Source: Chrysomallon squamiferum
Taxonomy: Eukaryota > Animalia > Mollusca
Assembly (NCBI GenBank): GCA_012295275.1
Contig: CM022666.1
Coordinates: 13,516,001 to 13,580,000 of the forward strand
Length of the DNA: 64,000 nt
Reading direction: 5' to 3'
Every line of letters starts with the position of its first letter. Position 1 is the first letter of the stretch. Under the pieces are notes generated by a model. It was given only the letters and a program-made list of their open reading frames with translations. It searched no databases and was not told where the DNA came from. This document shows positions 26,699 to 40,623 of this stretch, one piece after another. The position numbers and the translations under genes were made by a program.

Positions 26699-29359
26699 AG
26701 ATATATTTTGAGGATTATGTTCTGTATTAAACAAATCTCTGTGATGTCTGATGTACATGCTTATAAAACACAGAACCTGGGGTTTCATGCTGTGTAAGTG
26801 TGGTTATCTCCCCATGACACTTGCATAAGACTGTTTAACACATAACACAACGTAGCTGCTGTTGTAAACACCTAGTCTCAGTGTAGTTGTCGTTGCAGGT
26901 AAACTGAAATCATCCATGCGAGAACCGGTTAGCATCAACATCGCCAACAACATCAGCAGATTCTGTGAGAAAATGCCTGTAGATATTGACAAATTCCTTA
27001 AGGTTGGTTTTGAAATTTTTACTAAATATTTCAGTCATATTTATTTATAAAACTCTTAATTGAAGTGAAATGTTAATATACTTCAGTGATATATTTTATT
27101 AGTGAGTTTAAAGTTTCAGAGTGCTTAAATTTATTTATCTACTTAGTGTTCTAAAATTCAGTAATTTTTTTATTTATAAAGCTTACAAGAGTAATGGTTT
27201 GTGTTATTTAGATATCTTGCTTTAAGCAGTTTCACTCCTTTCCATATTCGGTTATAAAATCACAGTATCATAAAAAGAGACCCCATATTTTAAAAAAACA
27301 CACACAAATTGTTCAGACATGCATTATATTCAGATTTATTTGTCGATTTGGGATTTTTTAAGAAAGAGATTTTAATTTTATTTTTATTTTTATTTTTATT
27401 TTTTTCATATATTTTTCATGTATGATTATTTGCTGTTGTGGTTCTTTTTGCAGTGACTTTAAAATTATTTTTATAATTTATATTTTATATGGACATGGAT
27501 CTCATTTTGGTTCCTAGATGATAAGATGATCAAAACATTGGAAAATAAGGCATAAAATGTGCATTAACAAAAACCTTTTTTCTCTTTTATTTTTTTTATT
27601 TTTAAAAATATTATAAATATGACTCTGTTCATATTATTATTATTATTATTTTTATTTTTTATTTTTTTCAGATTTCTTCACATCCCTTTTCATTATTATT
27701 ATTTATATATATATATATACATACAGACAGATAGATAAATTTCTTTTTTCACTATTTTCAGATTGCCTTTGGCATTCGAGGTTTGTCTCGTAAAGAAATC
27801 CACAAACTTGAAGTAAAACACGAGATGTACATCAACAGTCGACAGATCCTGTCACGAGACCTGCCTCGCGTTGCCTCCTCCCACTCCCTCGGGGCGGTGC
27901 AGGGGTCAAGGCCATTCAGCGGAGCAGTTCTGCTGCATCACAACATGAACTCACACATTCTGATGAATGAAATGGTTAGATTTAACTTTTTTCGTAATGA
28001 CGTTTTGATTTTTTTCCCTAGATTTGGCTTCATGGTAGAGTTTGAAAGAGGCAAGCATGTCTGAGTTTGCTTTGTTGAATGAACTCATGTTACCATGCGT
28101 TTGGCATTTTCAAATTTAATTATTATTCATAAGATTTGAGATGATTAAAACATGTTTGCACCAAATAGCTTGTAACACTGAATGATAAGCATCTGAAACT
28201 TTTTTGCTTTTGTATCATTATTACTTCTTTCTCTGTATTTTTTTATGGTCTTGTTTTCATGAAAATGAAATTTTTGTGGACAGTTCCTATCCAAATAATT
28301 CATCATACATAAAACTAAGCTGGGGACATTTTGAAAGTTTTCTGCATTAAAAATATTTAGTGTATTAATAACAGAAGAATGAATGTGACAAAATGAAGAT
28401 CATGAAAAATAATTTAAAAGTTGTCAGTTCTAGTATTATTTTGTGAAGATTCTAATTGTTTTTTTTTTTTTTTCTTGCTTTTATTTTATTTTATGATTAT
28501 TTTTATTTTTTTAAGTTAGTTTTTTAGAAAATATGTATTTTGTATATATTAAGCTGAACATAAACCAGTCCAAATAGAGTGTAATATACAGTATTTCACA
28601 CACTAGACACTGTGGACTGAAATCACACAATGTTACAGATTCACGAAAACAAATAAACACTAGGGTGATATCATAGTGGTGGGTTAATTAACAATCATTG
28701 TTACATAATGTTACCAAGTAATTAATATAAAATTCCTGCTGAATAATGATCTCATTTTTATCTTCTTCTTCTTTTTTTTGGATAATTAAAGACAAACATT
28801 TTTTTATTTTAAAGTCGAACATTATGATGATTAACTTTCTTATTCAGTATGATCTAACACTTTTTAAAAAATGAAAGTTTCACAGAACCAGGGTTGATAA
28901 AATACTACTAACACTGTTTGCATGCAGCCCGAGGCCCGAGCTAGGTCAAGGTCACTGGGAATGCATGTTCTGCACAACGTGCGCAGTTCGATTGTAACAC
29001 CAGAGGAAGTAAGTGGTGTTGAAGGTCAAGGTTGTGTTGGTGTTACTGTGTTTATTTTGTAACGGTTGTGTTGATGTTTGTTGTTACTGTTCTGTCTTGA
29101 GAATGGTATCGATATTGTTTCTGTTTTTAGTTTCCTTCAGTTTTGGCTTTCAGGTTATTTTCATCCTATTATAAAATTCTGTTTCCTTATTTATGTTTTT
29201 GGTTACTGTTAAGAAATTATCTTTTTTTTTTTTTTCATTCTTTTTTTCTGATGTTATTTTTAGTATGTTTAATTTTTAATTTGTTGAAGTTTCATTTTTC
29301 ACCAAAGACATTATTGCAACTGGTCACAAGTGGTACATTTTAAGGTTTCAGTAATATTC

Positions 29360-29421
<62 letters not shown>

Positions 29422-29532
29422 CTGTCTTGCCTTTCTTTCACAATCCCTCTTTCTTGTCTCTCTCTCTCTCGTTCTCTCACTCTTTCTCTCTCTCACTTTC
29501 TCTCTCACACTGTCTTTTGCCTTTCTTTCACA

Positions 29533-29595
<63 letters not shown>

Positions 29596-30124
29596 CCCCT
29601 CTGATGCTCTCGTATCTCTCTTTCTGTCTATCTGTCTCTCTCACTACATTTCTTTATTGGGCTGCAGTATTTTTATATCATCAGCAATGTTATGGTATTA
29701 TGTAGTATATATGTATGTCCCTGCATGCAGAATGGCACACACACACACACACACAGATAAACAGACACACAATCACAGACTTCTGTTGGCTTGGTATTTA
29801 CATCTGTTGTTCTGTTTTGTTGGTTTTATTATGGTATTACAACAATGTATATATTATATTCAGAAGTAATTAAACATAAAATTAAAAGATAATTAAATAT
29901 GCTATTTAGAGAAATGATGATGCAGCTAAACAGGTTTTTGTCTGTGATCTGTTGGTTTGGTTCTTACTGTTGCTGCTATTTTTATTATGTCTGTCTGATA
30001 CTATGGTATTGTTTAGAAGTAAATAAAACTATGAAAACATAAATACCATTAATTATGAAAAAAATATATAACATGTCGAAATATTTTGTATTTGAAAGTG
30101 ATTTTTAAATGTATTTATTTGTTG

Positions 30125-30175
<51 letters not shown>

Positions 30176-32229
30176 TTATTATGTATTTGTTAATTCGTAT
30201 CAACTTTAATTTAATGACAAATTTTATTGTTATTATTTTGTTATTATTATTATTATTATCTTTTTATTTTTTAATAATAAGTGTAAATTGCTGACTCCAG
30301 AGATATTACTTACATATTAACAGCAAAGTATCTTTCATATAATTTATCAAGAACAAGGAATGTACTTATCTCAATATTTGTTAATCCCATTGTCAGTGTT
30401 AGTTCTTTTTCAAAACTAAATAAATAAATAAATAGATCAAATAAAAAAAATAAAAAAATGAAAAAAAAAAATAAAAGAATAAATAAAAATAAATAAAAAA
30501 AAAAAAAAATAAAAAATAAAATAAAAAAATGAATAAATAAATATATAAATATATAAATAAATAAATAAATAAATAAATAAATCAACAAACAAACAAACAA
30601 ACAAACAAACAAACAAACAAATAACTAAATGTTAAAATTTCAGCTGCAGTCAATATGGAGCTGGCTGCCTGCACGTCTCGCAGTGTGTCAGCCTGAACTG
30701 TTGTACACGTCTGAGGAACACGGCACCAGTCTGCGCACGCTGTACACGAAGATCGAGCGACATCCTCAAACCATCATCCTCATCAAAACCACCAATAACG
30801 AGGTGAGTGACAGCTACAAGTCAGGCATCCACAGTCTGGAAGACTTGAAGTGATTCACATTTCAGAGTGTTTCACGTTTTGGAATACAAGGATCAAAGCC
30901 TGAACACAAAATATACATGGATTTTTCAATGTGTTATTTTTAATAATTTTGTTTGTGGAATAAAGTTTGTATATATGAAAAACTGTCACCCAAATATTTA
31001 ATATAATCATCATTCCCATTGGTTGGAAAAACACATTTTCGAATTTCAGATTTTTATTATTATTATAATCTTTATAAGTTTATTGCTCTTATTATTACTA
31101 TTATTATTATTTTTATTTTATTTAATTTTTAAAATTAATTTATTTTTTCTTAATTGCAGTATAATATATTTTTTTATTTTCAGATTTTTGGAGCTTTCTG
31201 CTCTGCACCTTGGTATCAGAGGAAATCGAGAGACAAAAATCTGAGCTACTTTGGAACTGGAGAAACGTTTTTGTTTTCTCTTCACCCCAACAAAGAGAAG
31301 TTCGAGTGGGTTGGTTTGTGGAAGGAGGACATTCCAAACACAGCAAACATGTTTCTGGCTGGGGACACATCTGAACTGACCATAGGGGGAGGGTATGGGA
31401 CACATCTGAACTTGAGTTCATAGCTAGAATACATAGGGGGAGGGTATGTTTGATTTTGTACTAGAGAAAAAGTATAATGTATTATTTGTTAGTTCATAGC
31501 TAGACATACATAGGAGGGTATGTTTGATTTTGTACTAGAGAAAAAGTATAATGTATTACTTGTTAGTTCATAGCTAGAGATATATCTGAATTGTACATTG
31601 GAGGGTATGTTTGATTTTATTCTAGAGAAAAAGTATAATGTATTATTTGTTAGTTCATAGCTAGACATACATAGGAGGGTATGTTTGATTTTGTACTAGA
31701 GAAAAAGTATAATGTATTATTAGTTAGTTCATAGCTAGTTAGTTCATAGCTAGAGATATATCTGAACTGTACATAGGAGGAGGATCTGTTTGATTTTATA
31801 CTAGAGAAAAAGTGTAATGTATTATTTGTTAGTTCATAGTTAGAGATACATCTGAACTGTATATAGGCGGTTTTGTTTGATTATATAAAGGAAGAATTAA
31901 AGACAGAAGAGAGAGCGTGTGTGTATATGTGTGTGTAATTTTTGTTTTATTTAACATTTTTTTTTTTTTTTTAAGATAAATTTTATTATATATTATTTAT
32001 CTACTTCATTATTATCTGAAACAGTTAATGTACTATTTAATAGAAATAGAAAATAAATAAATAAAAAAGTGAAACTGTGTGTGTGTTTTTCAGAAATGGC
32101 GAGGCTATCAAGCTGGACGAGAACCTGATGCACTGTCGGACTGAGAGTTGTGACACGTTTGACAACAGTCCTTTCTGCGAAGACAAAGACTTCACCTGCA
32201 AAGTTGTAGAAGCTTACGGCTTTCGCTGA
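18329..32229 (+). CDS. TBC1D24: TBC1 domain family member 24 / skywalker (TBC + TLDc domains), about 615 aa
   Basis: Exons 18329-18851, 22493-22803, 24426-24528, 26041-26131, 26899-27002, 27762-27974, 30644-30802, 31184-31392, 32094-32229; all GT-AG with matching phases. Motifs WPEDHLIRHSLW, PDITYSP, DCFLMEGVKVLYR, AFGIR, IWSWLP, EHGTSL, YFGTGETFLF, IGGG, CDTFDN. One A must be removed at 24460-24464 to keep the frame. Confidence 0.93.
22207..22523 (+). repeat. Triplicated splice-acceptor region of TBC1D24 coding exon 2
   Basis: Three copies of TTGAAATTTTT.TAAATATAATTTTAATGTTTTCTAAA; the middle copy carries TTTCAG plus the first 31 nt of the exon. Confidence 0.9.
23401..23620. repeat. 43-nt minisatellite, 5 copies
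   Basis: Unit TATAACTTTGTATGTCACAACAGTATCATGATGTAATATATTG; mid-intron. Confidence 0.93.
24004..24290 (+). mobile_element. Non-autonomous Tc1/mariner (pogo/Tigger-type) MITE
   Basis: TA on both flanks; imperfect terminal inverted repeats (CATGTTCAGGATCCTTTATCC ... GGATAAAGGATTTTCAGCCTC); related copy in opposite orientation at 35419-35714. Confidence 0.75.
28928..29008 (+). CDS. TBC1D24: Candidate 81-nt alternative exon of TBC1D24 (PEARARSRSLGMHVLHNVRSSIVTPEE)
   Basis: Perfect TACTAAC at 28906-28912, TGCAG acceptor, GAA|GTAAGT donor; phase 0-0 and stop-free in a phase-0 intron; a GC-rich island in an AT-rich intron. Confidence 0.75.
31362..31885 (+). repeat. Tandem repeat containing the TBC1D24 exon 8 end and donor site
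   Basis: Units mostly ~75-90 nt with GGAGG|GTATG; GT at 31393 (true), 31444, 31518, 31605 and 31679, plus two decayed copies. Confidence 0.9.
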
Positions 32230-35200
32230 GTCGAGCTGACTAACAGACTGTCAGACACCTTAACTCTGCGAGGAACAGTAATTAATTCAAGTGCCATTTG
32301 TAAAAACATTCCGAAGAGACGAGAAGAAAGAAAAAGACAGAAGAAGTGATGAAATGAAATCCCAGTTTTTAAAATGGTGAAGAGAATCTGAGAGAATTTG
32401 TGAAAAGTTTTTTTTTCTAAGTCTTGTAAATTGCCTGGCAGCAGTGTAATGTTTCAGTGATAAACAGCTTGCAAGTCTGAGGTTATAACTACTAATACTT
32501 TCATGTCTTGTGTTTCTCAGTGTGTGTTGTGAAGGAAATTTATGTTGTAGAACCAGTGCTGAGTTGTACGTTGACCTGCTGAAATGTTAGAAATGTTTGT
32601 GTGGTTAGGTGGGTCCCAGCCATTCGTAAATCATTCCTTTTTTTTTTTTTTTTAACAAGATTTTATAATTAAACATTATTTTTCAAAGACGTCACTGTCA
32701 TGTCAGGAACTTTGTAAAATACTGAAATCTGAGTTTAATGAAGATGGCTGGAAAATGTTTGAATCTCAGGACAAGAATTAGAATAAATATATTTTTGTTT
32801 TTTTAACCTTTGAAACTATAGATAGATTAAAAAATCAAATCAATTATTTAAAAAAAAAAAAAAAAAACAAACAAAGCCTATTGTTTTATTTTATGTTTTT
32901 TAAAAACCAGCCTCAGAAATAAGCAAATCAAAATATATTTCAAAGATCAGGTAAAATATAAAAACAACTTCTTTATTTTATTTTTTTTTTTTTAACAAGA
33001 ACAAAGTAAATATCTTGTCAGGGATCAAAGTAAAATTGTTTATATCATTTATTAGACATCAAGGATGTCATTTTATTGTAATGATGAAAAGAAATATATA
33101 AAAATATTTCTTTCTTTTTTTAAAGAATGTGAAAACAAGATTTTTATATTGAATGACCACGTCAGCAGATTCATAAAAGAATTATTAAATGTGATAATCA
33201 TGTTGGTGCATAATGAACATCTGCTTTGTTTCAGTAAGAGTTACCCTTGGTTGTAACAAACTGCAGTTTTATCAGAGAGTCACGAATGTATTAAATTCTG
33301 ACATGTTATGAAGGATTTCCAAAACATCTCAGCAATTTACACTGAACTAAACTGCAATTTAAATGTGTTACGTAGAAATAATGTGAGAAAAGAAAAGAAT
33401 AAAATCATTTTTTAAATATTTTTTTTAATGCAGACAGGCGTTTAAAATAAATTTTAAAATTTTAAAATAAATGAAAATAAATTTGTTTAGCAAAATTTTT
33501 AAAAATATAACTGCTCTGAAAACAAGTTATGAAAAGAATGGATCATGATGTGTCACAATCAAAATTACTTTTTTGGAACAATTAACAAATGTGTAAATTT
33601 ATTTTTATTCATTTTTTTTTTTTTTTAAACATTACTTTTAGCTGTAACTTAACCATGTATTCAAGTGCAATAGCCAGTGAAATGTTAGATAAATACAATT
33701 AATTAATTTTATTTATTTAATACTACACCTAGTTGCATAAAATCGAATCAAAAGAGATTTGAGTCAAGGGATTGGTAGGTTAGTGTGTTAGCAGTTAGTA
33801 TGTTTCAGCATTTGTACTGTGCTTAGTGTTCATCTTTAGCCCGTTAGCAAGGTTTGAGGGTGTAGTAATACAAAAACTGATAGATTTCGTATTAGGTAGA
33901 GTATATCTGTGTAAAAAAACAGTATTACTGTCAGTTAATTTAGTTGTATATGAATGTTAGTTAATTTGAGAATCTCAGGATAATGAAAAATATATAAGTC
34001 TGATCTTATCATAACTTCAGTAAGTATTGTCAAAAAAGTGTGTTCACATTATACATTTTTGTTAAATATGCAGAGAGATTAACTAAATAATTGACCAGAA
34101 AAAAAAAAACCCCCCCAAAAAAACAGGCATTTTCACTTTACATGAACTTTTACTCTGTATTTTTTTTTATTGTTTATAATTCTGTTTAGTATCTGTTGGT
34201 TTATTTTATTTTATTTTTTTTTTTTTTTTTTATTATTATTTTTTTATTACCACAGTATACTGTAAATAAGATTAGCTTGTGAAATGAGAGTAGAAGAGTT
34301 TACAGATCAAACCTAATGCTGTGTCATTTGGAAATGAGTAAGATACAATATGCAACATGGCTTTGCAGCTTAGTTGTTTCTGCAGTTATTGATAAAATAA
34401 CAAAGTGTGTGTGTGTGTGTCTTGTTACAACATTAAATATGGAGTAAAGTTAGAAATTAGAAATATATATGTCTAGATGAATCAGATATCTGGATTGGGT
34501 AAAATTATAAACATTGATATTCCTTTTTATCTCTATGATGTTGTATATAGAGCATTAATTAGAATGGGAAAAAGCAACAAATGGTTGACTTATAAGATGG
34601 TTATGGAGCACTTGTATGAATAAAAAAAAAAAAATGTGTTTATATGAACACAACATGATCTTAGTCATGGAGCATCTTCTGGAATGGGAAAATGATATGA
34701 TCAGAAGATTACTTGTTAATGAACATTATAAATAATCCAGTCAACTGATGATACACTGACAAATGTAGTCTGGTCTTGTAGGAAATGAATATTGTAGAAT
34801 GTCTCGATTTTATATTTGTAATTATTAATTATTAAATATGTGTAGTATGCATATGCAGATTGTGTGTACAAACAGCTAACTGTGTCAGATAGTCTGGACA
34901 AATAACAATAAAATTTCTTTGATGTGTGTGATTTACTCTAAGTAGTCTAACATGGATGAAATCATGAAGATATTTATTTTTTTAAATTTCTTGGGTTTTT
35001 TAAGTCAGTATTTTGAATCAGAGATGTGTGCAAGAAAGTACTTATCCATAATTTAAAAAAAAAAAAAAAAAAAAAAATGTGATGAATAATGAATTTAGAG
35101 TGAACACTCAGTTTTCAAGCAGAACATTTTCAAGTTTTGTGTACTGTAATATGGTGTTAGTTAGTTTACTGTAAATGTATTTATTACATGGGGGGACAGG

Positions 35201-35418
35201 AAGGCAGTTTGTGTCAGATTCTGTGTCCTTAATAATCATGTATAAAATCAAATCTGTCACTGGTGGCTTTTCGAGGCCAGTGAAAAGAGTTTGTCATAAA
35301 GAACTGTTAAAATAAAATATAAAATATATTTTGGGGGAAGAATGACCATCAGAGGTGGCTGTAAAAGTATGCTTGACTTTTCAGTATACCTTTGATGAGT
35401 TATATATATATATATATA

Positions 35419-35714
35419 AAGGTTGAGAATCTCATTTTTGAAATGTTTGAACCAGAAGTGTTTCAGATTTTGAAATATAAGGAGATAGCCTGAAATAGGA
35501 CCAAAGTCTAATTATGAAATCCATTTATTTTTCATTCACAGCTTACACAAACAGTCTGTTCTATTATAATATTTTATTTTTATAATTTTGTGCATAAAAT
35601 AAATGTTGTGCATGCAACAGTCCAAGAAGTTTTATATTTCTACTACTCTGAGAATGTTTTGGATACCAGAGCTTTTTTGTGTTTCAAAATTTCAGACAAC
35701 AGATCCTCAATCTG
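35419..35714 (-). mobile_element. Second copy of pogo/Tigger-type MITE
   Basis: Begins AAGGTTGAGAATC after a (TA)n run and ends GATCCTCAATCTG; interior is reverse-complement related to 24004-24290. Confidence 0.75.
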
Positions 35715-36355
35715 TCTTGTCAGCAGCCATGTTGGTTACTTTTGAGTCTTGTTATAACTTAGAACTGTCACAAACTTCTTGCACACATCTTTAATTTATA
35801 CAGTTTAGAGAAATCTAAAAAGAAAAGAAAAAAAAAGATTTGTCTACATGAAATCAGTGTGCTACTAACTCTGAAGCTGCTTCTGTCTTTCTGTCTTGTT
35901 GTAAAACTTGAGCTATTTATCTGTCAGTACAATCATTAGTTTAGACATCACCATCCAGCTTGAGATTGCACTGTGTGTGTTGTCTGAATGGGAAGATGTT
36001 CTTGTGTTGAAACAATCAGTTATACGTTGTAACTTGCACAATTTGCATTTCTCACTTTGTATGGGGATTTTTTGAAGGTTTCTTTTTTCTTTTTTTTTGT
36101 TTCTTTTTTCATTTTGGATGTTTTATATTTCTTTGGTCTTTACTCTGGATTATTTATTTTCTTTTTTATATAATTTTTTTTTTTTCTTTTTAAAAAGGTT
36201 TTTATATTTAATGAAGCTGTACATAGATCTAATGTGTGTGTGTAATGAAAGAAGTAAGTTATCTAACAACAGAAACCAAGGTTGTGTTAATATCGATCAT
36301 GTTGGTTGTCCCTTCCTCATAAAAAGGTTTTGTTCTTCATTTATTTTTATTCATA

Positions 36356-36386
<31 letters not shown>

Positions 36387-39300
36387 TTTAACAATGTCTT
36401 AAAGTGATCTCTAATTCATTTTAAGTTCTGTTTTATATATTATTAATATTATTATTAATACTACTACTATGATTATTACTAGACACCACACCATATTATT
36501 ATCTCTGCAATATCTGTTATCAAACCTAGCACACAGAACTGAGTCAAGATCTCTGTGTACACTTTACAGACTGATTTGAATTAATAAAAGCTGTATCATG
36601 CTTGAATTTCAGCTGAACTAGGCTATTCTGTTCTTCCAATCATGCTTATTTTTTTTTTTTTTTTTTCTGGACTGTAAACCAAGAAATCTTATCTATAATA
36701 CTTACACAATGTACTTGTTTAGTTTTATAATATTAATTATCTTTAAAAGTGAGACAGGATTAATGTGTTTGTTGTTAAAGTGTGGGATTTAGGTGTGGAC
36801 TTCTTCCTGTAAAAACATCAGTGATTCTCAATTCTGCACTTAGTTGTTCGGTGAAGTCAAGATTCATGTTTCTGATTCATTCTAGTTTTTAATCTCAGTG
36901 TTAAATTTAAGATTCCATTACTAGGAACTTTAAATAATTATATAACAACTGTTTATTAATACCAGGTATATTTTAACTTGAGACAAAATACAGGTATATT
37001 TAAATTAAGACAAAAACAAGTTTATGGCAGCGTTCAAAATAAAATTAATATCCACTGAATCAGTATTTTAATATTATTCACATTACAATTATAGATAACT
37101 CAGTCATTTATTAGGATGCTGTTGAAAAAAGTTTGTCATAATAATGATTACAGTATTGACAAGTGGAAACAGTAACATTACAATAATCACTGATATGAAA
37201 AGTTTAAATTATTTTAAGGATACGAACATCGTGCATGTCATGAATTTGTATCTTTGTCACTTGGTACAGAAACTTACAGCTCAGATACATGGTGAACAAA
37301 TGTCTTGTGATCCTTTTTTAGTTTTGATCAGTATATAACAGAGCACATTTTCTTATTTATTTGGTATCTTAGTATCTCCACACGAACCTTTTATATTTAT
37401 ATTTTATTTATTACTGAAAATTACAGCTGTTTTTTAGAACAAGTAACAGGCTTATTAACTAAGGTTGTTGTTACCTTACACACAATCTCCACAGCTGTTT
37501 ATGGCAATTATCATATAATTACAGATATTGTTTTTTAATTCTCCACAAACATTTATTTTTATTTTTATTTTATTTATTTATTTATTTATTTATTTATTAT
37601 TAATATTTTCTTCTTCTCTTCCAAGATTGCAATTCTTTATAAATAAATATATATATTAGAAAACCAATATTAAATATATTAATGGTGAAAAAGCCTTAAA
37701 TTATGGATGCTGTTTTCCTACGATTTTGTTACTTGTGGTGGTCATTTTTTTAAAAATTGTATGTGGCTGTGTGCATCTGTATCTAACATTACACATATCT
37801 AACAACTTTATATGATAGCATAACAGCTAATTTATGTAATACAAGACTGGTAGAGCAAATGAACAAATAATTACTTTTCTGACTTTTTATTTTACTTCAT
37901 TTTGTTGCAGTTATTACTGTACAAATTCTGTTACGTTTGTTGTTATTTTTATGTCGAACATTTCTCTCTTCTCTCAGGAATAAAACTTGAATTGTGATAT
38001 TAGAGATCAAATTAAAACAAATTTTTGTGATGCTCGAAATTCTCTTTGTTCTTTTTCTACTTCTTTTCATTTCGCTTTCTGAAATAGTTTTATTTCTATA
38101 TGCAAGAAATTTTCTTTTTTTTTATATTCGATGCGTTGATAGTTTATGCAAATGTTAATTTGTAATTATATGCATGCCTGAACTTCACTCATGTGTGAAA
38201 ACAGATATTCAGACAACAACATGGAGAATTATATTATTAGTAAAACACACTCATAAATGCACACAAACTGTAATTTACTACAAACATATAATATACATGC
38301 TTTACTATTGTCAGACATTGTAATCAACAGGTTAGTTACTATTATATCTATAAAGGGTTTTCCATGGATTTTTAGTATTATTTGTTTGCAATGTGGCATC
38401 TAAAACTAATTCATACTTTCACAAACAAATGTAAACATGCTTCACAATGTTTTTCTACACATACTGATGCAGAACTGTAAACAAATACATTTTTGAGTAC
38501 ACGTAAACATTCATATCTTTCCAAACACTGATGCAAAAATGTAAGTGTGTTTGTATCACATTCATAGGTCTTTCAAAATAAACATGAAAACAATATAAAC
38601 ACATTTTTATGTAAATATAAATATATTTGTGGAAAAGAAACATTCAGTCATACATGTGATACAAAGATATTAAAATGAAATCAGATGATATTATTAACTA
38701 ACATTCCAAGTTTTAAACAGAGAAATTAATCAAACTATGTCTTGTATTTTTTACTCTCATTTTGTTAAATTTGTTAAAAAGATTTTGTTTGTTGATGGAC
38801 ATTTTTATATGTGATGTGTTGTCATTTAAATGTGTTTTTGTTGTGTTTAAAACAGATAAAACAATTTGTAGATAATTTATATTTGTCTTTCTTTTTTATT
38901 TTTTTAAAATTTTATTATTTTGATATTTCATTTTTCTCATGAAGTACCTCTTCTCACTTTTATTATTATTATTATTATTAATACTTTTATAATTATTGTT
39001 ATAAATATTACTATAAATATGTAAGTATTTAAAAATATTAAAAAAAAAAAAAAAAAAAAAATCTTTTATCTGCAGCATAAATTATTAGCAACAACAACAA
39101 CAATAATGATAATAATAATAATTACTGAGTTTGAGAAATGAACATGAACCTTAATCTTAGCTCAAACTGTAATCACAAAGTTACAGCTTATTAAATCTAA
39201 AAGATTTGGAAAATGTCTTTGAGCTTATAATAAACTATTCATTTATACAGAAATGTAGCAGTGGTCTTCTTTTATTTTATTTTTTTCTCTAGCAAAACCA

Positions 39301-39866
39301 AAATATAAAAAATATAAAACAAAATATGTATAAACAGATAAATAATATTTAAAATATAGAATTTATCAAACCAGAAGATTATTTATATTTTATTTTTGTT
39401 AACTTTGTAATGTATGATTTAGGTCGCTATATTTATTATTTGGTTATCTTTCGTTGTAAAAATTTCATTTTATCTTCTCATTTGTACAAAGCCATTCTGT
39501 GACAGATGTCTCAGTGAGAACAAAAACAAGTCTGTGGTGTACTGTACATATTGTACTAATGGTAATAACGCACGAGAACCTAATAATCATGATATTATAT
39601 TTGATGTGTAATAAACTAGTTGTGTACTAGATAGAGTCAATGTGCTTTTATTACTGTGCTGAATATAATCAACTCTGTGTTGTAAACATTATTACTATGA
39701 GATAGAATTTTGTTTGTTTGTTTATGCGTGCGTGTGTGCATGTGTGTGTGTGTGTGTGTGTGCATGTGTGCGTGCGTGTGTGTGTGAGAGGAAGGCATCG
39801 ACTTCAGGTCCAGTGGCAATACTAACATTTTAATTTTTTTTTTTTTTTCTTACTGTACAAGTTCAG

Positions 39867-39910
<44 letters not shown>

Positions 39911-40131
39911 TTTTACTCCTATTATTATTATTATTATTATTATTTTATTTTTGCTTTGATTATTATCATTATTACGACAAATAATTGTGTTTTGTATGTG
40001 TAGAATGTGACATTTGATATTAATCAGTTGAAACTGAACTTTGATATAACAACTGTCAGAAAACATTTTCAAACTTTTTAATCATATAAAAATGAAATAG
40101 GAGGGCAAAGATGGAGGGAGAGGGAGAGGGA

Positions 40132-40168
<37 letters not shown>

Positions 40169-40557
40169 AGAGATTGAGAGATTGAGAGATTGATTTAGGA
40201 AGAAAAAGGAATATAGAGGCAAGTGAAGAGAAGAAATGAAATCTGAGTAATTTGTTTTGTTAATCAAGTGTGTGTTTATTATTTTAACATTTACATTATT
40301 TATGTTTTGTAGGCCTGAGCTTTCCAAACCATACTACAAAGCAGTGATTACAATTTCAGAAATTTTGGGTTGCAAAATATACAAAGTACTTCATGGCATT
40401 TTTAAATCTGTTATGTTTTATAGAACAGCAATTTCAAATTTGTTGTTTCCAATGAGAGAATAATATTTACTGATTTCCCCAGTATATATTAAAATTAATA
40501 ATGTTGTAAATGACAGAACAGAAAATCTGTTATTATTACATATAGGTGAATCAGTCA

Positions 40558-40623
<66 letters not shown>

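Noticed and set aside
29311-29869. LSLS / ERER ORFs
   Set aside because: (CT)n microsatellite translations.
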